DNA from: Basidiobolus meristosporus CBS 931.73
Lineage: Eukaryota > Fungi > Basidiobolomycota
Direction: 5' to 3'
NCBI GenBank assembly: GCA_002104905.1
Contig: MCFE01000294.1
Location: forward strand, 1 to 64,000
Length of the DNA stretch: 64,000 nucleotides
Each line of letters opens with the position of its first letter. Position 1 is the first letter of the stretch. Below are positions 27,491-39,526 of this stretch, piece after piece. Both the position numbers and the translations under genes were made by a program. Below the pieces are notes generated by a model that saw nothing but the letters and a program-made list of their open reading frames with translations, was not told the origin of the DNA and ran no database searches.

Positions 27491-29911
27491 TGCTACAAGG
27501 TCCTTCATTACTACCTTGACCACAAGCTTTTTGATTAGAACTAAGCATTTTAACTGGTTAATGGTGTACTGGAGCATCTGAGTTTGCCTGCTTTTCCCTT
27601 ATTGGCACTCTTCCAGCTACCTGATGCCTCTTTGATGCGTGGTTGGAGGTTTAGGTCCTGCTCGCAACAGGCCTTTGAGAAAGCCACTGGTTTTTAGCCA
27701 TTATACCCTTGTTCTTCTGCCTTTGATACTTTCTGCTATTCTTGAGATATTTTCTTAGCATACCAATACTGGCCCTAAAACTATTTGCTCATTTGAATCC
27801 AGAACAACACTCATGCATCAAGTCAAGTACATTCTACTAGGCCTTGAGTTCCTGATGGTCCCATGGTATGCCAGACTTAGGGTGTTGGCATGCTTCGCTT
27901 CTATTGGCCTCTTCAATACTAGCCCACTCTTCATTATTGAACTCAATGGCTTCATGGATCTTCAATATCTTTTGATTTTAGGCATTGGTACAAACACTAC
28001 ATCTTTTTTGTCCCATGCTGTGATAAGTTCTTCTGTGGGCTTTTGCTTTAGGCACTGTTGTTGTGCTTCAAGGCAGTATGGTGTTCCTTTGCTCTAACAT
28101 CAGGATAGTGCTCAATTCTTGGCTGTGGCATTGAGCTACTTGAGTTCCTTCTTTGTAGCCAAGTCACTGCTATCTCTACTTGGGATATTAATTGCTCTAC
28201 ACCTTTTATCCACTCTTCCTGTGGCTGGACCATTTCCTGACTTCTCTGTGCCATTACATCTATCCTGTCAGCCACTGCACGTAATTGCCGCATTAATGCT
28301 TTGGTATGAGCTGACAACATACTTGCTAATAGAGGTGGTAGTGATGTTATGATGGCCACTTGCTGGTCTTCAATTTGAAGTACTGCATTGGCTACATTCT
28401 TATCTGCTGCAGCAATATGATCTCTTGGCAGCTTTGCAGAAATTTCTAACTGTCTACTTGACTGAGTGCCTGAGGAGTCTGCATTATTCCCTTCAGTAGG
28501 CACACTGTCCACAGGGCCTTTCTTGGTTGTAGTCCTGCTTGTTGCACTGAATGTCAAACTAAGCGGCTGTCCAACCATTTTTCTGCTGCTTTCTGCGGCA
28601 GGTTTTTGTTTGGAACCAGACTACCTTGCTTTATTTTTTGGCAGCATATATTTGGAAGTGAGTCAAACCAAAGGGGAAATGGTTTTACATATATGTGTGT
28701 ATTTGGTGCCACAACATTAGTTATAATTCTTACTATTGCAGGTTAACAATGAATCTTACATTCATGAAGGTGCAATGTCTCAAACACAAGACTGTCTTAT
28801 GTTCACATGAGTATTGACAAAAGTGTGATATAATACTGTTACATTTTTGAGTGTTAAACTGTTTACCCTATAGATAAGACTACTTTGATTAAAGCCGTAA
28901 GAGAAGCAAAAAAAACTATGTGGCTATTGTAGCAAGTCTCTCTGCCATGAAGCATGCAGACAGCATAGAAAGTATTAAAGGAAATATGGCCAGTGTTTTG
29001 CACACATGTCATACTTACTATTCACCAGTCACAACTGTACCAGCAATATCATGTTGGCCACTTGATCCTTGTACAACTGTGTCTGGCTATACTTGTCACC
29101 TTGCACTAACTAGTTCAGGAGTGTTTGTGACAACTTTGGGCTCACACACGCCTTCTGAATACTGCAAGCAGAGTGATAGCTCTGAAAAGCAGGCTTGCTG
29201 ATGGATTTTGAGCCTGTATTTCCTAACAATAGTACCCTGCATGAGCCTGGCAAAATCATGCTATGCAATGGGATAATACCTGTGAGAAGAATTTGCCAAG
29301 GATACTATGTGGAATCAAATGAGCCCAGTAATGCATCTACTGGTGAATGATGTGATGTTGTGGCTAGAGAAGTGGCTCATTTCCACTAATATTAGTAATA
29401 GGGGCTTTGAGGATTTACTACCACTTCTCACTCATATCATCCCAGGATGCAACTTTTCATAAATATGGTATTAATGGAAAACTGAGATGTTGCTGGCAGC
29501 ACAGTGCTCTGCAACTGTACTGATGTTATGATCTGCCACTTGAATATTTAAGTTAGAGCAGTTCTTAGTCATATCAATTAGTTATATGTTTAGCTTATTG
29601 GTATATCAGTATTAGCTGTCAAATCAGTAGCATTAGTCAGCAAATGAATTAGCAGATCCTTATCAGACAGAAATAGATATATTAAGTAGGATCTTATTGT
29701 GTGATGATGATGCAATCAAATGAGTCATCAGCCACAGCCTACATTGGAAAATACAACTAGTCAGCAATTGATCCAGCAAAATGTTTATAAGGAGCTGCTG
29801 GAACCTCAATGAAAATCAGTTCAAGTTTTAGTAAGTACAAAACAAGCCAAGCTCCCTATTCCTCTACAACTGTTATACCAAGACTTGTAACATTGGTAGC
29901 AGCAATAACCA

Positions 29912-30330
29912 TAGTACATCTTGAATATACCTTGATTGGCTTAGGGTAATAGTCTGTGTACTTCTGTATATGGAGAGCTTAATCACCAACTAGTAAGTGA
30001 GTTCTCCTATTTCAGACATCTTGAATTCCTTAGATAGGTGGATTTAGTCTCTTCCATTGTTTCTAGGTTTTTGGCAGCTTTAATAAGATCATCCCCATAT
30101 GAAGCTAGTAGAGCTGGGTTTGCTCTATATGGGTTACAGTGTATACATTAGTCAGCATTACTACTTTTGGAACTCAAACTTTCCCTATAAGAATCTATTT
30201 GAGATTCTAGGCCCTTAGTGATTTTTAAGACCATATAGAGACCTCTTAAGCTTGCAGACTAAATGGGGGTTATCTTGGTCAGCATACCCATCAGGCTTGT
30301 TCATATACCCATCCTCATCCTGTCAAGAGC
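29912..30330 (-). pseudogene. copia family 3 RT fragment captured behind the Ty3 PBS
   Basis: Homologous to 39527-39950 and 27080-27480 (VCKLKRSLYGLK, DDL region). Confidence 0.85.
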
Positions 30331-33300
30331 ACCTTTTCTGTGATGGTTGACTAGTACCATGGTAGAGTCAATGAAAACCTGGAAACTTGGCTCTTCCAGA
30401 TTGAAGAAGCTTTCAAGGCTAAGTGATTGCTCCAGAAAGCAAGTTACATTATGCAGCCTCTTACCTGGCAGATGCAGCTTTGCAGTGGTACCAAAGCAAG
30501 ATCAGGTAAGCCACCATGATGGAATGCTCTACAATATCTACCTGGGATGAGTTTGTATTTGAAATTCAGGATGCCTTTGAGCCCCCACACAAACAGACAC
30601 ACTAAAAAGTAAGTTGAAGATACTCAGACAGAAAGGAATGGTCCAAGAGTACATCTATGAATATAGATGTTTATTGGGGCAAATTGAAAGAATGGACTCT
30701 CTGGATCAAGCTAAATACTTTATTAATGAGCTAAAAGAAAGATCTTGTAAGGAAGTAAATGATTGAAGACCTCAAAATATTGAAGAAGCCTTGAAGAATA
30801 CCATTGACTATGACTCAGCTGTGCTTGGAGCTGGGAAGCCCACAATGACTAATCAGGGAGGCTACAATCATTATGAAAGAAGACAATCAGAAGCAGTGCC
30901 AATGGATTTAGATGCTATGCAGAAAAATCCTTCCTCAGAAGAATGTGAGAAGAAAGGACTTTGCTTCAACCAGCAGGGATATATTGCAATGTACTGCCCT
31001 CAGAGAAGAAATGGACACCAGCCAACAAGAATCTTTAACCATATTGAGGCCCTGGAGCACAGTAACATGGAGGATATACTTGAAGAAGACTCATAACTCA
31101 CCTTCCATATGACAGAAGAATACTTATCCCAGATGACCTCAAACTCAGGAAAGCTATTATATTTGAATGGAGTAATCAATGGATTACCAGCCAAGATCAT
31201 GATTGACTCAGGAGCTTTGCATGAGTACATGTCAGATTAGTTTGTTCTGAAAGCTGGAATCAACTTGGAACCCACCAAATCAACTTCAATCTCAACAGCT
31301 GATGGGAACTCTCACATAATCAACCATATTACTCAGCCAGTAAGGATGAAGATCCAAGACTATGAAGAAGAGGTACAGGCCTATATATTTGGGAACTGCA
31401 TGTTTGACCTTGTACTTGAGAAAACATGGCTATTTTGTTGTAATCCATCAATCAACTGGAGAACCCATGCTGCTCAGATCCAGAAGGACAACAGGACCTA
31501 TGAGCTATTACCTGCCAGACTGGATTCTAATTTGGTTAATTCCAGTGTGTGTGAAATAAATAAGCTTAGCAAGACACAGTTCTGTTGAGTACCAAGAAAA
31601 GGCACCTAGATTCTCCTCATGGCAGTATTGCAGGAGGTTTCCTCTACTGCAGTACCCCAGAAGGTCCAGACTCTTTTGAAGGAATATTTAGACATATTTC
31701 CAGATGAGCTTGTAAGCCTACCACCAGTCAGAGATGTGGATCATGCCATCAAGACAGGAGATTGCCCTCCAGTGAGTAAGACACCTTACAGAATGAATCC
31801 ATTGAAGTTGTAAGAGATGAAGAGACAAATAGATCAGCTACTGGAGCAAGGATATATCAGACCCTGCAAGTCACCTTGGGGAGCACTAGTACTTGTTGTG
31901 AAGAAGAAGGATGGAACACTTAGGATGCTAATTGACTACAGAGCCCTCAACTTAGTTGACTGCAGCGCCCTCAACTCAGTCACCATGAAGAATAAGTACT
32001 CCATACCTTGGATTGATGAGCTATTGGACCAACTCAATGTAGCCACTATTTCCAGCAAATTTGACCTCATATCAGGATACAGCCAGATTAGGGTGAAGCC
32101 TGAAGACATCCCTAAGATAGCATTCAGGACCAGATATGGATATTATGAGTACTTAGTCATGAGTTTTGGCTTCACCAATGCCCCAGCAACATTCATGACC
32201 CATATGCAGACTGTCTTGCAGGAGTACTTAGACAAGTTTGTGATAATCTACCTATATGATATATTGATATACAGCAAGACAGAAGAGGATCACTTAGTGC
32301 ACATTGAAAAGGTCTTGAAGAAGCTAAGAGAGAACAAGCTTTATAGAAACCTACCCAAGTGTAATTTTTCAAGGAACATGCTGAATATCTGGGACACATA
32401 GTGACTAGCACAGAAGTAACCTTAGACCCTAAGAAGGTTGAAGTTATCAAGAATCTGAAGCAGCTCCATAGCATATCAGAGCTCAGACTGTTCCTTGGAA
32501 TGACTTCCTATAATTGGAGATTTGTCATGTCCTTTGCAAGTATTGCAGCCCCTTTAACTGATATCTTCAAGAAAGAAAATACCTACAAGTGGGACATAGC
32601 CTGTGAGGGTGCCTTCTAAACACTCAAGAATGAACTTGCTAAGCTGCCAAGCTTAAGAATATGTAACTCCAGAAGAGAGTTTAGTCTGTACACAGATGCT
32701 TCAGATTATGCAATTGATGGAGTGTTAAGCCCAGAACACAAGGGGAAGAACTACCCCATTGCCTTCAAATCCAAGCTGCTGAACTCAGCAGAACAAAACT
32801 ATTGAGTGCATGAGAAGGAGTTGCTTGCTATAGTACACTGTTTGAAGCCACGGAGATGCTATATTGAAGGAGTCAAATGCACTGTGAAGACTGATCATGT
32901 CTCCCTGAAGTTTATATTTACTCAGATGGTACTCTCTAGAAGAATGACAAGATGGAGTGAGTACATTCTGCAATTTGTTTTGGAGATTGTCTTCTGCCCT
33001 GGAAAAAAACAACATGGTTGCTGATGCAATATTAATATTAGAACAAGTTGCACAACTCAACTTGGTGCATTAATCAGATTGGCCCAGCCTATTACCAAAG
33101 TACTTGGAGGACCTAGCCATTCCTCATGAGGTAGATGAAGATATCAAGAATATAATCCAGGATGAAGCCAGCAAACTTGTAGTACAGGATGAATTACTCT
33201 ACTGAATTGTCAATGGAAGCACTATTGCCTAATGGCCTTATGTTGCTTGCCTGGATTTAATACATAAGCTACACAATGAACATGGACATCTTGGAATCAA

Positions 33301-34497
33301 AGGAACCTTTAGCCTTGTGAAAGCCAGATCATGGTGGCTCAGAATGAAACATGACATTGAGAAGCTAGTGAAAACATGCCCAAGTTGCCAAATCAACCAA
33401 GGCCAACCACTAAAAATTGCTGAACACTTTCCCTTGGAGCCTGTAGGACTATTTGAAAGATTGTGAATTGACTTTATTGGAAGACTGCCAACTACCAGGA
33501 AATGCTACCGTTGGATCCTAGTAGCAATTGACCATGCCACTAAATGGCCAGTTGCTAAAGTTGTACCAATATCCAGTGAACAAGAAGTTGCAAGTTTGAT
33601 TTACCATGAGATACTTAGGAAGTTTGGATGTGCTGTAGAGATTCAATCTGATAGAGGTGCAAACTTTATGGCAAAGACATTGGAAGATTACCTGGAAATG
33701 CAGCAGATTAGACACTTGAAAACCTTGACATATTACCCCAAAACTGATGGAGTCACTGAATGGTTTAATGGATTATTTGGAAAAATGCTGACCAAGTATG
33801 CAAATGGAGTTTTCAGCAGATGGGATGAGTATAGAGACCAAGCACTCTTTGCATGAAGAGTCAGAATACACAACAATTGCCATTTTACTTGGTGTATAGA
33901 TGTGAGCTAAGGATTCCAGGAGACTGCACGCTACCAAAGCTTACAGACACCTTAGAAGATGAACTCAGTCAGCTAAGTAGATACCAGCAATTGGAACAAA
34001 GTCATCAAGAGGCACAGACCATGGTATCTCAAAGTGCAGAAAAGATGAAGCAGAGATTTAATAAGACTATAGCACCAGAAGCATTGACAGTTGGGAACTT
34101 TGTATTACTAAGAAATAACACTTGGAAGTAGTGTGAGCCACAATGGACAGGACCATTCAAGATCATCAGAGAATATCCATTTGCAACTTACCAACTAGTG
34201 GACAAACAAGGGAATATCCAGGAAGACTTAGTACATAGGGACAGACTCAAGCTTGCAAGACTTGCTGATAATACTGAACCATCAAGATCATGGTATCACA
34301 AGAAAAGAGATTCAGGAGAACCCTCTCAACTTTAGTTGGGGAGAAATGTTATGATCTGCTGCTTGAATGCTTAAGTTATATCTGAATCTAGTCAAATCAA
34401 TTTGTTATATGTTTAGCTTATCAGTATATCAGTATTATCTATTAAATCAGTAGCATTAGTCAGCAACTGAATCAGCAGATCCTTAGCAGACAGAAAT

Positions 34498-34866
34498 TGT
34501 TGCAATTTAACAAGTGATTTGGATATAAGGAACCTATCAAGAAATAGTGATAATAGTTGAACTGTTGTTTATTCATAAAAAAGCTCAGTATTTATACCTT
34601 TGTAGAAGTAATACAGCTGTAACACTAAGTAGGAAGGGTTTCTCAATATTCAGGAGCATTCTGTAACAGTTTCAGGGTTAGTACATAATGTTTGGTAATA
34701 GTGCTAATTTGATCCTGACCATAGGGGAATAATCATAAGATCATATATCTGGAGAAAGTGGCAAAGTTAAGGCAGTAAATAAGTCCTACAGTGACTAAGA
34801 CTAGTCTAGAACTGTTAAGTAAATTTTTAGCTGCTGAATGATACTAAATAGTCCAATCTTTCAACA
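34498..34866. repeat. Solo LTR of copia family 1
   Basis: 369 bp, near-identical to 17934-18302, 5-bp TSD GAAAT on both sides. Confidence 0.97.
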
Positions 34867-36588
34867 GAAATAGATACATTAAGTAGGATCTTATCAGGCA
34901 ATGATGACGCAATCAAATGAGTCATCAGCCTCAGCCTACATTAGGAAATACAATTAGTCAGCAATTGATCAGGCAAAATGTATATAAGAAGCTGCTGGAA
35001 CCTCAATAAAGTTCAGTTCAAGTTTTAGTGAATGCAATACTAGCTAAACCCCATATTCCTCTACAACTCTTATACCAAGACTTGTAACACTGATACCAGC
35101 ATGTGCTAATAGTTGTATGGCATTCACATCTGACAATGCCATCATTGTAAGGTGTCTAACCTGTCAGGAATCTACCAACATTGGGGGAAAGCACTGTTCA
35201 CACTTCAGATATATTCTGATAATACTACATCTAAATAAGCTCATGCAGTCCAACAAATATTGTGAAGCTATTTATTATTGCACTCAGTATTAACCAAGCG
35301 TAAATATATCAAATTTATTCAATGGCAATTATTACAAACAACTAAGAAGCAAAGGCTACCTTGAAGGATTGTATGACCATGCCATTGCCTTGGCACTTGG
35401 TGTATTCTCATCAAAGAAGTATTTTACCAGCAAATCCTGCTGGCCATTGATTCTCACCAACCTGAATTTGCTGCCTATCTTACAGTAGCAGAGCTAAAAT
35501 CTGATGGAAGTCTCACTGGTATCAAGGCCTAAATTGGCATCCAACCTGAATACCTAATTGTATCTGTTGCTGGATGAATTTTGTATGCTTTCTAGTGGGA
35601 TGATAGTAAGCAGCCACTATACAAAAGTGCATAAAATTTCCTACAATGGGGATACCCCAGCAAACAGCAAGATAGCCTGCTTTTCTGGGCACAATGGATT
35701 GATTGCTGTCTAATGTGTGAAATCCAGGGAACTTACTCCATAACTCAAATACATTATTAGTACCCATATGCCAACACTAAGAACATCATATTTCCGCAGA
35801 GAAAACGTGCAGAAGTCAGCATGCAATTGCAGCAAAGCTGGCAAGCTATAAGCCATTGGCCAGAATATGGAATTCATCACAAATTGGAGATACTCATGAT
35901 AGAGGGTCCCTGTTGGAGCAAAAGCTTTCCACTGGGAGCAATGCATTTGCTTCTCAACAATATCCCTACACTGCTGAACAAGATGTACATGCAGCATTTC
36001 AAGCTAAATGAGCCCATTGAGATATTGGAGAATTTTGAAGGAATTGGTAAGATATTACACAGTATCCCCTACCCTCAATACTTCTCACAGGCTTCAATCA
36101 GCATTTATATGCAAATGTAACAATACAAGTGCCACAACTGGATAAACTGGGTATATATATATAAGTGGCCCTCTGTGGCCACTACTACTAAGAGTACATT
36201 GGAAGCATTGGGAGTCATATGTGGACATTGTAGGAATATTGATTCAGAAGCAGATCATCAATGTCCACATGATGCATCTTCAGCTTTTGTGCAAAGAGTT
36301 TGTGATGGAATTTGAGCGGCTATACTACAAATATAAAGCAGAATGTGTAAATCTCTGCTGCTACTGTGTTCATTTGCTACTCCATCTTGCTTGGTGTGTT
36401 GAGAATATTGGGCCTTACTTCACCTTTTGGAAGTTTCCTGTGGTGCAGATATGTGGGGAGATAAGAAGCCAGTCAAGATGCAGGCATGACTATATCCCAA
36501 TCTCATAAAGAATACTACCTGCAAGTCCATCATGGATGTGATGAGCTGGCACATGGAGGACAGCCAGGAAGAGTTGGAGTTTCCTATT

Positions 36589-37321
36589 AGACTTGTTCTG
36601 TTGGATAGTGCCACATTGACCCATGAGTGGCAAATGATGCCATAGTGTGCCAGGGAGGCCAAGTGAACCTATACTTGGCCACAGAGTGTGAAACATAGCT
36701 CTGCATTTTCATGCAAAGCTGCCCCTTTGTTTCACCAATTGTGCAGGAGGAAATCCACTTTTTGATCTTTTTTTCATGTCAATGTTGTACAGGATGTGTA
36801 AGAGCACAAAAGGTTTGAAGATGTGCACCTGGTACTCAATACCCATGGCACTCTGAGTCTAGATCCTGTGACTTGAAACATATCACAAAAATGCATGGTG
36901 CTATGTTGGTCCACTGGTACTATCTGGTATTATATTTGATTATTAGCCCAATAGTGTGATCTAAACAAAGTACTTATAGTGCCTAATAGTACCAGTGGAC
37001 CCAGATAGTGCCATGCATTTTTCTAACATATTACAAGTCACAGCAGCTAGATTCCAAGTGCCATGGGTATTGAGTACCTGATACATGTCTTCAGTTCTTC
37101 AGTGCTCTTACACATCCTGCACAACATTGATCCACAAACAAACGTCAAAAAATGGATTTTCTCCTGCATCATAGGTGAACCACAGGGGCTACTTTGCATG
37201 AAGATGAAGAGCTATGTTTCACACTCTGTGGCCAAGTATAGGTTCACTTGGCGTCTCTGACACACTATGGCATCATTTGGCACTCATGGCTCAATGTGGC
37301 ACTATCAAACAGAACAAGTCT
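36589..37321. mobile_element. 733-bp foldback/MITE element with about 335-bp inverted arms
   Basis: AGACTTGTTC..GAACAAGTCT termini. The arms align base by base around a spacer of about 65 bp. Flanks are ATT and AAT. Confidence 0.92.
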
Positions 37322-37953
37322 AATATATTGGCTAAATACCAGAATGTTCTTTGCAGATATATAGGAGGTATTCATAGCAGTAGCAGCAGTAAGAAAACAT
37401 ATGTTTACTAGATGTATATGTTGCAAGTAATATAAGGTATATGGTAGCTTTGTAAACCTCACACTGAGCAGTTGTAAAGTTTAGGTGATAGAGGTATGTC
37501 AATTGCAGCATGTGTACACATTTGTAGAGGTTAGTACGCAGGAGGCCATAGTATTTTTGATTCACACTATATGAGGACTACCCACAGTAGTAGTGGGTGA
37601 GCAAATAAAGAGTGGTGGTTCTACAGTAAAGTATAATATTTGCACAAGGGGACATAGAAAAAGGAGATACCATTTGGCAAATTTGTATGGTAGCATCATA
37701 CAGAGCTGGCTGTAGAACACCATACTGCCATAATAATGCCATCAGAGGCTCACAAAGAGGCAGTCAAAACACGATTGAGTTTTTTACCATATAAGACAAT
37801 TGGATGTACTGGCTGGTTAGATCCACTCAAATACTTGTAAGGAGCACTATGACTGCAACAATGCCTTGCTACCCTTGGCAAAACACTGAACAAGCGCCAT
37901 TATATTTTATCAACTTTATTAGACTGTAAAATTAGCAAAATGCCAGTGTGATC

Positions 37954-39170
37954 TGTTGTGTTATATTATGATTAGTTTGGGGCTTGTTCTACAATGTAGA
38001 GGCTGATCAATAATATACAACAACTTCCTGTATGCTAATACTGATATAGTTTATTGAGAGTTTGATATACCAATAGAAGATAAAACAATCAATAATTTCC
38101 TCAATCTTAGGCTCAAAATATACTGTAGGCAGTGTTTATCACTTCTACAGCAGTGTTCTGACCTTCTGTCAACTAATGGGCTTATTACTTTTATAGTAAC
38201 TTTTCCTTATTTGGAAGTCACTTTCTTTTCTGAGAAAATATTTCCTCATATGGAAATTCTGAACTCCCATTTAACCTAAAGGGGTGTGTTGTAGAAGTCT
38301 CTAAAGGGGTCTTTAGACCTAAAGGGGTGTCTTTAGAGTAAAGGGGCTTCTTGTAGTGGTCTATAAAGTGGACTTTACACTAAAGGGGTGCCTAAAGGGG
38401 CTTCTTTAGAGTAAAGGGGTTTCTGAATGGGGTCTCTAAAGGGGTCTTTAGACTTAAGGGGTGTCTTTAGAGTAAAGGGGTTTCTTAGAGGGGACTTTTC
38501 CAACAGAAAAGTGGTAGATTCTTATAGAACCTAGATTGGATTCTTGTGAGCTTTGCAGTCGCTTTACTGATGTAGTACTGATCAATGTCAGAATACTCAA
38601 CAGTGCAAGTGATGCAGGGGAAGTCTTATAGCATTTAAACTTGTAATTGCAGTGTGGAGATTCTGGAAAGAGAGGCTCTCCCTTTATTTTTCAGCTGGGG
38701 AAGTCATATACATGAAAATTTTGAAGGATCAAAGTTTTTGGGCGATTGCACAAGCAATACATGTGATACAAAGCTAAAATATTGCAGTGGCGCAGATCGG
38801 ACATAGGCGCAGCACCTGTGAAGATTTCATGTGATTTGATTTGCTGGTTCAAAACCTACACGCAATCAAAGTCATCATAGTAATCCTAGCAATAAGGCAA
38901 AATTTATATAATAATTGGACTCTTTTGGTCATAACTCCTTGAGTACTGCTTCAGATGAGCTGTAATTTGAAACATGTGTTGGCTACTATGTGTTCTGTAT
39001 GACATAATATTCTTGGGTGGATTGCTTGTCAGGGTCTGGGCATTTGTTCTTCAAAGTTGAAAATTCTTGATCTTTCACTTGTGTGTTATGATAGCAAAAA
39101 GCAAAATAAAGAAATGAGTGCAATATTGATTTAGAGATATTGTAGTAATGGAATACTTTCCATTACCACA
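37954..39170 (+). repeat. 1217-bp solo-LTR-like element, copy 1
   Basis: TGTTG..CCACA, 4-bp TSD GATC, G-tract array, TATATAA 38905, AATAAA 39105, terminal hairpin 39141-39170. Confidence 0.85.
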
Positions 39171-39195
39171 GATCCCATCGCAAGATTGTGTAGAT

Positions 39196-39526
39196 TGTTA
39201 TAATCTACCCCTTGAATGTGTAAGTTAGATCAGTTCTTAGTCAAATCCATTAGTTATATGTTTAGCCTATCAGTATATCAGTGTTATTTATCAAATCAGT
39301 AGCATTAGTCAGCAAATGACTCACCAAATCTTTGTCAGACAGAAATAGATATATTAAATAGGATCTTATTGGGTGATGATGATGCAGCTAAATGAGTCAT
39401 CATTCACAACCTATGGAATTTCAAAAAAAATCAGTTCAAGTTTTAGTGAATACAATACTAGCTAAACTCCCTATTCCTCTACAACTGTTATACTAAGACT
39501 TGTAACATTGGTAGCAGCAATAACCA
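39196..39526 (+). repeat. Ty3/gypsy family 1 5' LTR (internal deletion) plus PBS
   Basis: TGTTATAATC..TTGTAACA 39196-39507 followed by TTGGTAGCAGCAATAACCA. Confidence 0.92.

Larger units (their letters stand above)
29524..35089 (+). mobile_element. Decayed Ty3/gypsy family 1 copy 3
   Basis: 5' LTR 29524-29892, 3' LTR 34347-35089 (interrupted by a copia solo LTR), 4-bp TSD CTGA. Gag-Pol relic 30354-34335 has many stops. The 5' gag is replaced by an antisense copia RT piece. Confidence 0.95.
27495..39195 (+). mobile_element. CACTA copy G (accessory gene on minus strand 27495-28647; transposase on plus strand 28807-37930) with nested Ty3, foldback element and solo LTR
   Basis: ORF 28048-28578 matches the accessory protein. 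The transposase resumes at 35090 and 37322 after the insertions. The empty site at 37953/39171 aligns to 60500-60550. Confidence 0.85.

Noticed and set aside
31094-31096. gag/pol TAA as a programmed readthrough site
   Set aside because: The intact copy has no stop here, and the same copies carry a dead RT (YLYD), so a lesion is the simpler reading.
39141-39170. Terminal hairpin as a Helitron 3' end
   Set aside because: No CTRR end or 5' TC. The element has TG..CA ends and 4-bp TSDs, which Helitrons do not make.
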